From Saccostrea echinata (Eukaryota), in the NCBI RefSeq assembly GCF_033153115.1, contig NW_026889776.1:12524001-12588000 (forward strand): 64,000 nucleotides of DNA, written 5' to 3'. Under the pieces are notes generated by a model. It was given only the letters and a program-made list of their open reading frames with translations. It had not been told where the DNA came from and ran no database searches. The translations under genes were made by a program, and so were the position numbers. Shown one piece after another: positions 1 through 15,060 of the stretch (within the stretch, counting starts at the first letter, position 1; every line of letters begins with the position of its first letter).

Positions 1-416
1 AAATTCAAGGGTTTGGACAGTTTATAGTTTTTTTTTCCTCTTTGGTGAAGATGCCCCCGTTTGAAGCCTTTGCTACGGACCTTTTAATTCTCTAAGACCT
101 TAGAAGAACTGTATATATAAAGATATTTTCAAGTTCCATTGAAGAACATGAACTCTCATTTTTTAAATAAATAAGAGAATCAATTTTATTAATTATGTGA
201 TAAGTACCGTATATCACCTACCTACTCATTATTTCTACATGTATCCTAAGTCGGGAGAGGGCCAGGAAACTTTTTTTTTGGTAAGTGGTCTAGTTTGATT
301 CATTATGATGCTCTAAAAGTGAACTATGTGTATCTTTTTATCGGTATTTCTTCAATATTTCAGCATGTAGATCTCAATTCATGAGCATATTTTTATGTTC
401 TCATTTTTCATAACAG

Positions 417-3400
417 GGACATCAGCTGTAAGATTCCAGTATATCATTTGTCGATATTGTTCATCAGAGAATCCACACAGTGGGATAGAAGAGATACCTG
501 CCTCGTCATCATCTGTGATAAAAATCCCCTATCTTAAACAACACTCCTATCTATATTTTTCATTCAATTTCTCTGTTGACCACCTCAAAAAAATGAACAG
601 CTCTTCACTCTCCTTCTGCGAAGTAGAAATTTATGGTAAGTCTTCATTTGTTGAGTCTTAAATGTTTAACCCTGCAATCTAATTGAACGAGTTCTACAAA
701 TATTACATGTAAAGGAACTTGCCCATTTATCAACCAAAATGATCTGTACACACTACAATCTGGTTTTTAAATTCCCGAAGGAAAAAAATAGAAGTCATCC
801 AAGGCCTTCAATTTGGCATTTAATATATATTGTCACCATGTGATAATTTCTCATTTTCATTCATACATTGATCTGAGGTAACTTTCTGAATTCGAGATAA
901 AGGTCACAATCCACGGACTCTGAAACATATGCGGCCAGTCTAATCGTGGCTGTGTTATTACATGTATATGTACATGGGAAGGTGGGACGGTATTTTTTTT
1001 TATTTGCTTCCAAGGAATAATTTCTTATTGATAAATATTTAAAATAAATAAATAATTTTTGTTTTAAAAAAATGTACTTTAAACTTAGTGTACATAATAG
1101 AAATAATGTTTCGTTTTGTTTTTCATTCCTCGAAAGTTAATTTTTAATTTAGGGTTTTATATAAAGTTGTAATGTGAACTGCTCCCAGACATACGCATGC
1201 TTAAGATATAATGATATTTATTTCAGTGTCTAAACTAATTATAATATAAAGAAAAGAAAAAGATGTTAATTTCATTTTCACTAAATAGCAGTTGGAAATG
1301 ACAACATATTTTTTCTGTAATTTTCATTTATTATGATACATATCTATCAAAATACTGATTGGAAATATCACATGCCAAAGATCTAGGGTATCAGCATGTG
1401 ATGTTTGCAAGTTCCCTTTTGAGCATTTAGACATAAATTAGATAAATTAATACCTTTAGATTTTTGTTGCATTTTTCTTTCCATCAGATAATTGATGATG
1501 ATACAATTCTACGCAGATTCAATATATCCCCTTTAAATCGAAATTAAAGATACCAAAGAGTCTAACACATCTGTTTCATATTTGGATAGTTTTGTCTTAA
1601 AAAAAAGACTTTTATGGTAAATTACAAACAAAACCTGTTGAATCGATGAGTAAGAACGCACTCTACCTCGAACTAATTCTTAAACGAGGTATTATATTGA
1701 CTAACAAGTTGACAAAACATGGATATCAACAGTCTCGTTTAGTGTCAACAATTTGTAAACTCTTTTGTCGATACAAAGACTTTTTCAGCAATAACAATTT
1801 ATCGTTAAGTCGACTGCTGATTGATGTTTTTCGAAACAAATCATTAGTTCATTATTTACGCATTGAATTGTCTATGAATTTTTCCGTTTGCCAAGGAGGA
1901 CACGGCGGGTTTAGCCGACAGAAGATGGCATAAATTAGATAAATTAATACCTTTAGATTTTTGTTGCATTTGTCTTTCCATCAGATAATTGATGATGATA
2001 CAATTCTACGCAGATTCAATATATCCCCTTTAAGTCTAAAGGTATTAATTTATCTAATTTATGTCTCCTCCATGGCACCTGACCCCACCTCTGATGTTTT
2101 AAAGGTCCGTGTTTGCTCTGGTGTAAATTTTATTGTTTCATTGTACTTTCGTGCTTGATTACTGTTCGTTACATTCATTTATCATCATTTACCTGCGATA
2201 TTCTTATCCTTTAATTTATATATCTTGATTAATATGTAACAATTGATCACTGAAAATTAAAGTATTAAAAATTGCACGGAAAAGTCAGTCAATTATACAG
2301 TTTTGCAATCAAAATGTATCAAATACTTTTTCTACTTTGAATTCTTTCTTTGGACTTTTTCTTGTGGAAATACATGAACTTTAAAATGCATAATATATTT
2401 TTGCAGCCGATAGCTTTGCATCAATTTAATTTGTAAGAATATTTTACTAAATGAAAAAGTATATGGCATAAAAAATGGTTATATTTATGCTAAATGTTAT
2501 GAATTTTCTTTTTATAACCTCATGTAGTTTTTTCATAATCAATGAGGTTACTGTAAAAATGTTGATGTTACATAGGTATCAGCAACATCGTTTATAGTCA
2601 ACAGATCCGAACTTTAATGTAATGGTCGGTTCAATGGCATTGATTACAAATGTGACTGGCATTTCTAGTATTGATTATTAGACGATTGTTTTCATACCGA
2701 TTTCTCTACGGATAAAATCATTTAATGATCAAGACAAAGGACTCAAAACAGCGTAACCAGTCGATAGGGGATACTAACTCTTCCCGTGTCCTGATCCCTA
2801 CTATGGTGTTTCCAACGGTCTTTGTTTTCTTTGCTATCATATTTGTTACTTTGGAATTTAAAGCTTGATTTTCGCTCGTTACATTCCTAACCCCTGTTAT
2901 GCAATGGAAGTAGTCGAGCTATCATAAACTCAACTCTTTTCAAATTGAATCTTAAATAGAAAAGCATGAGTATATCATTTTATATTCACAATAATGCCTA
3001 AGAGCATATGATGTTATAACATATTTAAACAACAAAAGGAGTACACAAGATCAATATCTTAAGTGTTCAATGGTCATAAAAAAAAAAGATTTTGCATACT
3101 GAAAAAAGGTATATCTCAATTACTCACTTCATAGTCGATATTTTCATAAGTTCCGTTAAAATAAAAATAGTCCATCTGAGAATACATCTTATCGTTGACT
3201 CTATAACTAAGCTGATGTTGTTCATACTAGATGTTTTCATGGTACATTTTACCACGAATACCTTCAATACAGGAGACTTACGTTTTTAAACTGTCAGCAG
3301 GGGATTCTAACGCGTACTGACCAGGAAGTCTCTATGTGTATTGCAAATACGAAACAGATTACTGTTGATTATCTCCACGAGTTTTTTTTTTTCGGTGAAT

Positions 3401-6400
3401 TTATTTTTTGACATTTTTGTTCTAAAAGGATGCCCTAGAAATCATTATGGTAGCCCATGTAGACCATGCTTTTCAAATTGTGACGAATGTAACGCTATTG
3501 ACGGATCTTGTATATGCCAAGCTGGGTATACCGGTACAAACTGCACAGAAGGTAAATATTCAATCTTTAACTTATTTCTGCCTTTGGTCTTTTAAAGAAA
3601 TGTAATAAATGCTATTTTAGGCGATACACGTGTTATAATGTTATTTTATTTCTTTTCATTTTAAATTTACATAAACTATTGAAGAGTGTTCGAATAGCAC
3701 ATATGGTGATAATTGTGTTTACGAGTGTGGACATTGTTTTAATGAAACTTGTCATCACGTCACCGGGAATTGTTTACTTGGTTGTAATAATGGTTGGACA
3801 TCAAGCAGGTGCAATCAAGGTTAGTGTTTAAACATAAGCTATTAAAAATGAATTATTCCATCTTTACATGAAAAAAAAAAAGGGGGGGTGGCACCGACTC
3901 ACAATCGCGAATATGTTTTCGTCACAAACTCGTCTGTCTCTTTTGAAAATGAGTAGGAAATAGACAGAATTACAAGCTTGTTCGCTTAAAGCAACTGAGA
4001 ATATTGCAAGCTTTACTTGGTTTTATATCCATATGTATGATTGTACAAAAGGATCCACATTTTTTTTATTTAGAAGTTTACATGCATCTTCATGATTATA
4101 TACTAACTTAAGTATTTCACGTAAATAAATTACTACAAATAAAGAACAGAGTTTTAAGGACAGATGATAGAAACAAATTTTCATGAAAACATTTGAAAAT
4201 AACAACTTGAGTCATGTTTATATAAGTAAAATGAACAACTTTTACCGCGTAGTTTCCAATTTTTCATTCAAAGTTTCATAGTATAGGAATTTGAAGTGAC
4301 AACAAATTGTTTAGATTAATAAGGATGGTTGCAAAAAGGTAGAATCTGAACATGATAGAAGGTGTACAATTTCTGAAATTTTAAAAATTAAATATTTGCA
4401 TCATTTGAAACAAAAATAGCCCCAAAAATATATACCAATCGCTAGGCATTCATTTTTTCTGTTAGTATCATCTATCCTTAATAAGGAAATATGTGTATGT
4501 GTTTAAACGTCCAGATCTTTTAAAAAATATATATGTCCTGAATATAATATATGTAAACTGGTATAATGCTATTGGACATTTTCAACACTCCATTTATCAT
4601 TATGAATTAAATCATTAAGACAAGAAGAATTAGACAGACACAGATCTGTCTTTGCAATAAATAAAGGTAGGATTTTCATCTTCTAATTCAGCCTGCACAC
4701 CTGGTTGGTATGGACGTGATTGTTCACAGCGATGTAGCAGTCACTGCTTAACACCGTACGTGTGCGACCGATTTAACGGATCTTGTATTGGCGGATGTGC
4801 TACTGGGTGGACTACTGATGCCTGTGACAAAGGTTTGTTGTTTAGATGCTTATTTTAACTAACTCTATATTTCTCCATTTTTTTAAAATTATTATTATTA
4901 TTATTATACATGTACAAAAGGTTATTTATTTTATTCACAGTTGACACGGAATATTGTAAGTATAATTTTCTTATCTCTAATCGGCCTACTGTAGCCTTTC
5001 TTTTTGATTTTTTTAAAGCTTCTTTTGACATATTGCTTTTTGTACTCTTCCATCCAAAAAAGGTGTTGATTGGGTACCATCAGCTGTTTCCGTTTTGTAC
5101 CATAATATGACATGGAAAAAAGAAATATTAAATCATCTAATCAGATTTGACCCCGCTGTGGCCCTTCTCTGCAACTTTAGTTTGAAAACCGATGAAGAAC
5201 TTTTTTACGACGTTACTTGGTTTATTGATGGACAAGAAGTTTTACATCAGACAGTTGATGAAACCAGTAATTACACTGCTGTGATAACAGCTCATGATAT
5301 GATGAGAGCCGAGAAAAAGATAGGGTCTCACGTAAGCTAATTTTTTTAATCATTAAAACTATGATGTTTGGAATATTGGGAATATTGCTTAAAACATCTG
5401 AATGTAAAGTTAACCTTATCAAATTGTTTTCAGTTAGAAATCATTTTAAAACATGTGTTTTTGAAGTCAATTCCTTTAAATTGTAAGAGAACAAATGCTT
5501 GCATTAATATACATGTATGTCAAAAAAGCGTAAACAAACAAATATGAGTAATTGTGATTAAATTTTCCACAAAATTTGTTTCTTTCGTAAGGTACACTGC
5601 AAAGTTGGTGCAAAACGAAAACAAGCAAACAGTCCATGTCTTTTCAAAGTTGGAAATTCATTCTTTGCTGGAATTAAGGTACTATCATAATAAATAACTC
5701 AGATTAATGCCTGTTAAGACAGTTTAAAGAATAGTACTCAGTTCTCAGTTTGAAATTTAAAGACTCTGTAATTTTAAAATGCAATTTGCTAACTATTTTC
5801 CTTGGATTTTATTAAACCTTTTCCTAAAAGTTATACATTTGGTAAAAAATTGAATTACACTTAAATACATTTTTTAAGATTCTCAATCCAAGTATTGAGT
5901 TGGAGAGAAAAGGATCCAAGAATGTCGAATTAGAGATGACAATACCATTTGCCTCTGAATCGCTTTATATTAATGGAGTTCCACAACCAGTTAGCGACCT
6001 GAACATTCATATGACCTTCAAAACAGACGATTCCTCTAAATGTAGTGGTGGAGGATCATCTAATCAGTGCGTAGTTAAAGTAAAGAGCTATAGCTACAAC
6101 GAGAGACACAAGTACGAAAACGGCGAATGGAGACAAAATATTTCATTTCCGGTTTATAGCCAGGATACGGATGGTTACGTCATCAATAGTCACATGACCC
6201 TTAACTTAAAGACAGGCGGTACTAACGGGGTTGGCAGTAAATTATTTGAGCATGTGTCCTTGCCTGATATCTCGGTATATTGTTACATATAATAATATAA
6301 TTTATACATTTAAAAAGAAAGTCAATTGACGTCGCGCAGAGAACTGGGGCCCATTTTGTAACGTCAAAATAGTGTCATTAAAACGCTTGAAGTTTACGTC

Positions 6401-9400
6401 CATGTGAGAGTACTGAAACATCCCTATCAGAAATGTTGACTTTTACTTACATGTACGAGAATCTTTTTTTTTTTGATTATCTTGTCTTCTTTCATTCTCT
6501 TTTTTCTTCTTTTTTCACTAATTAATATTTTATTCTGCTGATGATAAGATTTGTATTTCCCTTAAAAATGGCAAGTTTGCAAGTAAAACAGTTTACTGTA
6601 TTTTTGACGTTACGTTTTCAAATAAGACTAGACATCCAATTTTTGCTTCTTTTTTTTTTTTTTAGGTTTAACTTCTTTCTATTTTTTGATATAAAATTTT
6701 ATTCATTTGCACATTTCGAAAACAAGATTTTTATGGATAACAAGTATTCCTCTTAAAAAAGAAAAGAGCTCATATCTGTGATATACGTCTTGTAAAATAT
6801 CATAATACGCTTATTTATGACATAGCAACAAAACCGACTAGGCATCAAAATTACTCTACTATTTCTTCAAATACTTGCTTATATCTATTTAAAGAAACAT
6901 GTGTCTACATGTACTTCTTGATTTGCACATTTTATATCTTCTTTTAGTTTTACCAAAAGAACTTATTATATGGGAAAAAATCTTTACCAAACATTCCATC
7001 TCTCCTTGTTACTTGTCAAAATCACGGGATATTACGGGATGCTATTATTTTTACGAACAGCTAGTCCGAATCGGCCAGTATTGGAAACTTATTAATGAAT
7101 TTTGTATGAAATCATCACAGGACATAATAGAAGCTTTGTGCAAATTGGAGAAAAGTTCCATGTGGTCAAAACGAAAAAATGACTAAAAACTACTAGCGCC
7201 CGTCTTTTAGTGTTACTTTAAGTTACCCAATTACGTTACTCTATACTATGCACGACGTTCTCGACGAATAAAATATTTAAAATACATGAATGAAAAATAA
7301 TGTAAGTGATTATATAATAGTCTCTGTGTGCTTCTCATATGTATTAATCTTGCCTTTATTCTATAGAAAATATCTTCACTGTAAAAAAAAAGTACCTAAC
7401 TTTACATGTTAACTGATTTGCTATCTTTTCTTTTTTACGATACTCATAATTGTTTTATAATGAAACAGATAAGTGTTCGAGAAGGAAATGAACAATGGAA
7501 AGGAAGATCGTGTGGTGTTAGAGCGGATCCACATATGTATACTTTTGACGGAAAGTAAGAAAATATGGGAATAGTTCGCACAGTGCATTGCGTATGACTT
7601 ACAATCTTCCTAAAATATATTCAGAAATATAAACCTTTATGGGTGTATTATCAAGAGCAGCATTACATATACAGTAAAACTTGTCTAAACCGGTGATTTA
7701 ACTGTCATATTTCCTTAGTAGTTTGCTACATAATATTTTACTATTATTATTATTTAATATCAAATATGCATGTTAGTCCGAAATCCTTTAATTTGAAGGT
7801 TGTCTAGTGAAAAACTTTGCCCAATTTATAGATGACATTCTTAACATTTTCTTCAAATCTTTGATACCCAGTTATCGTTATTTAACGTATTTCAGAATAA
7901 TTGTTCGTTACAAAGGGAAAAAGTCAATAAATCTTGTAATGTAACAAGAGATGTGCTTACCTTGTTTGTACATGTTATCTATGTGTTCTCCCTACAGATC
8001 ATACGAGTGTCAGATACCTGGAGAATTTATAAATTATCGAAATCAGCATCAACTACAATGGGTAAGGCTGATCAAACAAAAAGCCCCGGGCCACATTTTA
8101 CAAAAGAACTTACGACTAAGTCCAAGAACTTGCGCTTAATGTAAAATCTTGCAAAGTTTAGTTTTTTTTAATATTTACTTATATACAAAAACATCTTAAA
8201 CAGGTTTGGCACAGTTCCTTCTTTTCTCAGTAACTGTTACGCTAAAAGGGAAATTGTTCCTCTTTTCAGTAATTAAAAAACATTACTGTAAACGGGAATT
8301 TTCGTCATATTTTTTAAATAATGCCCCAAATCCGTGTGTTAAATAAAAAGTGCACGAAAAATACGATGTAATGTGTTTAAACATTATTAAACCAACCTCG
8401 TTGACAAAAAATGTCAGTTCTTTAGTGCTGCAGACGGGAGTAAGATGAGATTTAATCGTACGAAATCATGAGTATTTTTCCAACGGATGTGAATATTTCC
8501 ATTACAAGTATATTATTACTAGTTCAAACACGGAAAATTTCATAGCTTGGTTTCGTTGAGGTGACATATTTTGAACATGTATTGGAATTTAAACTCACAT
8601 GCATGCAGCAGTAATCCACGACTTCCACTTAAATTCCCCCTGTTGATAAATGATACGAAAAGTATGGAATTTTACAAGGTCTTTAATTCACAAACCATCT
8701 TTTATTGACTATCTTTTAAAATTTAATATTTCATCTAACTATTTCATCTGTAAAAGAAGCAGTGGTATTAAAAATTGTTTTTACTATGTCTTTGAAAGAA
8801 AAGTTCATAGAATTTAATTAGAACGAATAATTTCATGTACGAGTTAGCAATTGCTAACACAGATTAGCTTCCGTAAGAAATCTATATAGTAGAAATATTT
8901 CATCACTCTTTTTCAGCTTTTTGCTGAATTATTGTAGTTTTAAGCATATATACACTTAATAGACTATAAATATTGAGAGGATGTGAAAATATTCTTGCAC
9001 TTAATCTTTTACTCAAGGCAAACACAAGAACAGAGGGTAAACGAGTGAAAATTCCCGTATACAGTGATGTTTTTTTTATTACTGAAAAGAGGAAAAATTC
9101 CCTTTTAGCGTAACAATTACGGAAAAAAAGGAACTGTGCCCAACCTGTTAAAACTCTTTATAAAAATTATAAATACCAATTTTAATAAATATAGGAAGAA
9201 AACTATTCGCTAAATTACATTTTGGTCTTAGTCGTAATTTCGTCTGTAAAACGGGCCATGATCTGTCCTATTTTAAAGAAAGCGCCTTAATGAATTTATA
9301 TAGGTAATCCAAAAATCAATATAAAGCCTAAAGGATAGAAATGTTCATAAAAAGTAATATAGTACATGTATAAATATGAATTTTAACATTGAAATTTTAG

Positions 9401-12400
9401 ATTCAATCCAAACACCACTTATGTTTCCCGTCGTATGATGGACCTTGGTGCGTCTGCGCAGTGGCAGCAAGAGCAGGAAGAGATGTCTTTGTCATAGATT
9501 TGTGTGGAGAAAATAAAATCATCAGTTATGAACTTTGCGAGGACAATGTTTTGAAAGTCACGAAAATCCACGACAAATACTATAAGGTCAGCTACTTATA
9601 CATAAAACTACAGAGATAAATGGTTGGTTGAAACACCATTTCAATTCTCAAAACTTAAAAGAAAAATAATTAAAGTCCGCTAGGATTTCATTTCATTTAT
9701 CAACAAATCGTATTTTTAAATACATTGGAATTTTTTAAAAGTCTACTAATAAATTCAGAATTTTATCACAAAATTTTCAGGAGGTGAAGTAACGTTCGCC
9801 CTGATTTAACAATTTTGTGTCGAAGTGCACAACTAACATGACTTTCAATTATATACAACAGGACTGAATTTAAAGTTAAGAAAATTAGACATATTGATTT
9901 AGTAGTCAGCCATTTTGTATCATTCTATTTATACGGCATCTTCAGATATATTTCCCCACTGGTACTTCACTCGCCATATATATAATGGAATGGAACAGAC
10001 ATTATATCATTGATCTTGAAATTCTACCCTCTGCTATGGATGTAGGGAATGCCGATGGTTTATGTGGATATTTTGATGGTGTGATGGAAAACGACTTCAG
10101 AAGGCGAAACAGTACTATTATAGATGACATCGGTCTGAGTTATCCTAATGACTTCTCCGAGTCATGGAAGTAATTATTCATAATTACATTTACAAAAAAA
10201 TTTCTTTAACGTCAAACTATACATAAACATTCGATTTAAAATAACAATTTCAACCATGTTTTTGCACGTAGGATTCGAGACAACGAAAATCTCTTCAGCG
10301 GTGACTCTTTAGTCTACAGCAGTTTGCAATCTGTGTCGACCATTCTTGTTCCTCATTGTACATGCACTGAGAGCGGGAAAACCCAATGCTCCTACAACAC
10401 GTTCACACCTTGCAACTCAAACCGAGGCAAACAGTATGAATGTAATGTAGACCTTGTACAAAACAGAAGACGAAAACGGGATGTGTCCAATATGTTTATG
10501 GAGAGGGATCCTTTAATCGTATGCTATAACTCGTACAGTCTTCTCCATTTTAAAATAATTTTAACTTATCAAACTACTGAAAATTTCTAGATTGATTTGT
10601 ATGCATAAAAATATTGATCCTGAAATTTGCAAACCTAGAATTAATAAGGAACAATCTCTAATGAATACACGATGACAGTTTCATCTTGGCGATAGTTTTT
10701 TTTTTAAATTAACAATTTCAGAGAAAGAAACGCACGGTTTCCTACGTACGGACGACTGAATACTCCGAGAGCGTTTGTCTACAGGCTTTTGAAAATTCAC
10801 CTGAATACAACACGTGTCAACAACATGTGACCGACCTTAGTAATGTAACCTTATCCAACTGCATTGAAGACATAAGAGTAGGTTAATTACAAGTTAGAAC
10901 AATGTACGGCACGTTAGGCATATACTGCAGTATCTCATGTTCTAGTGCATATATCAATTAATTTGTACTGAAAAAGTGGCCCAATTTTGCTTAAAAGTCT
11001 TTTGAATTGAACAAATTCAATGCTAAAATCTGTTTTCAGATGACAGGCGATGAGAACCTAACGAACATTCACGTCGAAGCCGCTCTACAGCAATGTTCCA
11101 CGTTTGTTCTTTTAAATGCCACATTGCAAGAGACAGAACCGGAAGTAACCTATGCAATACAAAACCTCTGTCCAAGCAACTGTACCGGACATGGAACTTG
11201 TGATGGGGGTAGGCTGTTCATTGTATCATACGATGTTAGGAAACTATCTTGCTAATCTTTTGATTTGAAAATAAAGAATCTGCAAAATCAAAGAGATAAA
11301 TATGAGATAAAATAAATTAAATAGCTTTATTACAAGTATTTCTCAAAATTTTAAATATAAATTACAAGAAATTTTATAAGATCTCTGATGTCTGTTTTAT
11401 CATTATCAGTCCAAGAATATCGTTTTTTGCCATCGTCTTACATGTACATGTAGACTTAATGTTTAGTCATTCATCATCTTTATTACAAGGAAACTGTACA
11501 TGTGATAGTGGCTTTGGGGGGAGCGACTGCTCCTTTGATTTAATCGGACCTCCTACAATAACAAGTGTTCCCAGTGCTGGTCTTTGTGATCTCTCTACTA
11601 CAACCTGTAAAGAGGCCACCATCTTGGGAAAATATTTCTTTGAAAACATGGACTCGATATGTTATCTTACCGTAAAACAAGTACATCTGAATTGTCATTT
11701 GTAAAAATAAAGTTAGCTCAATCAGTAAATGGCTCGCTTTGTGATTCGATTGATTGATTGCATGTTTTCTTACGTCCCATTCTATAATTTTTCACTTAGG
11801 CCAACATTTTTTTATTTTCTGTTTTACAGGAACTTTTTTCAAAAATTTGAGTCGGGGGGTCGAAATAAAAATAAAAATAAAAGCTCGAAATTTAAGCAGT
11901 CGGTCAGAAAAATAAAAATGAAATGAAAAAATGCAATAAATTTTTTTATTTTTAATTAAGGTTGGAATTTTATTTGTATGACCTTAATTTGTTAGAAAAA
12001 CGGTGCTATTTGAAAAACTTATGTACACAAAACACAGAATTGGTACTGTTAATGGATCAATGAACTATTTTAAATTTAACCTTCTCTTAGATATTTGGGG
12101 CAGGGGTGCATTTCTAGTATAAAGCTTGCAGTTTCTAACATTAATGCAAATCAAACATACAAATCTATAGTCTTTTCTCAGTTGTCATATATCATATTGT
12201 CACCACAGTAAACCTATAGGACTTCTGTCACACCCCTCATAAACTTTTCAGAATCTTTTATTTTTTGGTATTCAGCAAATTACAAGATCTGTGGATTTTG
12301 GACTAGTTCTGGCAAAGTTATGGAGAAAATACAGTGAGACATTCAATGGATCAGCTAAAATAAATTAATTCACAGAAGTGCACATGAGACATGAAAAAAA

Positions 12401-13277
12401 GAAAAGTTGTATAATATTTTTTTTTCAACGCACTTCCAATTAATATATACGTAGGTGGAAAAAACGTACCACAATATCTCTATTTAAAACATATTCAAAC
12501 TTCCTCAATCTGTAGTATATATATCTTTTTATCCTTATGTTTTCTTTCTGAGCATGCTAACTTTCAATATAATTGTAGAAAATACACATCTTTCCCATAG
12601 TATACACATGTAAAATACACATGACAATATTCTGTTTACTGCAGAATTTAAAAATTTAATTGTTGAAAATGGTTCTAATCCACAACTGTTGAATGAAAAA
12701 AGAAACCAGGTCTTGAATTAAAATAATATTTGTAAGGGCGTATCATTTACAATACTTTTCCCTAGTGGTAAAAAAAGTTGTTTTACTAAACAAGAGCTAT
12801 ACATATACACTACATCAGCTGATATGAATACGCTGAACAATCAATGTACATTAATTTGTTACATAGCACGCAAAATTCCATAAAGCGACAAAAAAGGAGA
12901 TAATGTCTTGTATCAATCAAGCATATATACTGATATATCTTCGTAGGTAATTCTGAATTCCAATATTTGTCATAAAACGAGTGAAAGTTGTGACTCGAAT
13001 TTCCTCAGTCACGCCACTTTCTACCAGTTCTACATAGTTCTAGTGTTCTGTCGTTACTTGTAAAAGAAAACATTCCTGTCTTAAAATTAAGTTTAAAAAA
13101 TCTTCAAGACGTATTTCAATGTATTGAAGCAATTGTCAAAGATAATACGTATTCAAAACCTTTCAAAACAAGCGGTTGACAGAACCTCGATTTCCACGTG
13201 GCCCTCCGCATGACATTTGATCAAGATCACTGATTCGTCTATTTCATTCAATCTTTCATTAAAATTTATACTTTTTA

Positions 13278-13319
<42 letters not shown>

Positions 13320-13336
13320 ATTTTGTCCGGCGTCCG

Positions 13337-13408
<72 letters not shown>

Positions 13409-13434
13409 TATTTCTACCAAACTTGCCACAAAGT

Positions 13435-13484
<50 letters not shown>

Positions 13485-15026
13485 CTTTCAAGGGGAGATA
13501 ATAAGGGTTTAGTGAAAAAATAATGGCATCATTTAAAAATCTTCTTCTCAAGAACCGTAGGACCAGGAAAGATGAAACTCATGTGGTAGTGTAGATTCAA
13601 GTTTGTTCAAATCATGACCCCCGGGGGTAGGGCGGGGCCACAATGGAGGATCAAAGTTTTACATAGAAATATATAGGAAAAATCTTTAAAAATCTTCTTC
13701 TCAAGAACAGCAAAGCCATGATGAGCCATATTTATATGGAAGCATCCTCAGGTAGTGTAGATTCAAGTTTGTTCAAATCATGACCCCAGGGGGTAGGGCA
13801 GGGCCACAATGGAGGATCAAAGTTTTACATAGAAATATATAGGAAAAATCTTTAAAAATCTTCTTCTTAAGAACAACAAAGTCATGATGAGTCATATTTA
13901 TATGGAAGCATCCTCAGGTAGTGTAGATTCAAGTTTGTTCAAATCATGACCCCCGGGGGTAGGGCGGGCCACAATGGAGGATCAAAGTTTTACATAGAAA
14001 TATATAGGAAAAATCTTTAAAAATCTTCTTGTCAAGAACAGCAAAGCCATGATGAGTCATATTTATATGGAAGCATCCTCAGGTAGTGTAGATTCAAGAT
14101 TATTCAAATCATGACCCCCGGGGGTAGGGCAGGGCCACAATGGAGGATCAAAGTTTTACATAGAAATATATATGAAAAATCTTTAAAAATCTTCTTCTCA
14201 AGAACAGCAAAGCCATGATGAGCCATATTTATATGGAAGCATCCTCAGGTAGTGTAGATTCAAGTTTGTTCAAATCATGACCCCCGGGGGTAGGGCGGGG
14301 CTGCAATGGACTATCAAAGTTGTACATAGAAATATATAGGAAAAATCTTCTTCTCAGGAACAGCAAAGCCCAGATGGTATATATTTATATGGAAGCATCC
14401 ACAGGTAGTGTAGATTCAAATTTATTCAAATCATGACCCCCGGGGGTAGGGTGGGGCCACAATGAAGGATCAAAGTTTTACATAGAAATATATAGGAAAA
14501 ATTTTAAAAATCTTCTTCTCAGGAACAGCAAAGCCCTGATTGATGTATTATTATGTGGAAGCATCCTCAGGTAGTGTAGATTCTATTTTATTCAAATCAT
14601 GGCCCCCATGGGTAGGATGGGGCCACAATGGAAGATCAAAGTTTTAAATAGAAATGAAAAGGAAAATATCTTCTGAAGAACTGCAAACCATGATTAGTCA
14701 TTTTGATATGGAAACATATAGAAAAAATATTTTCTTCCCAAGAACAGGAAAGCTATGTTTAGTCATACTGATATGGAAGCATCCTCAGGTAGTGTAGATT
14801 CAAGTTCAAATGATGACCCCTGGGATAGGGAGGAGCCACAATGGGGGATCAAATTTTTACACAGGAATATATGGGAATTTTTTTTAAAAATCTTCTCAAG
14901 AACAACAAAGCCATTTTGTTATATTGACATGGAAGCATCAGGTAGTTTAAAATTCAAGCCCCCCCCCCCCCTTCCCGGTAATCTTTTCAATACTGAACTG
15001 ATTTGTGCTTTTGCCCAGCCAATGTG

Positions 15027-15060
<34 letters not shown>

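Noticed and set aside
13520-14950. Regular repeats superficially like a CRISPR array
   Set aside because: Head-to-tail satellite monomers with no unique spacers, in eukaryotic DNA with no cas genes.
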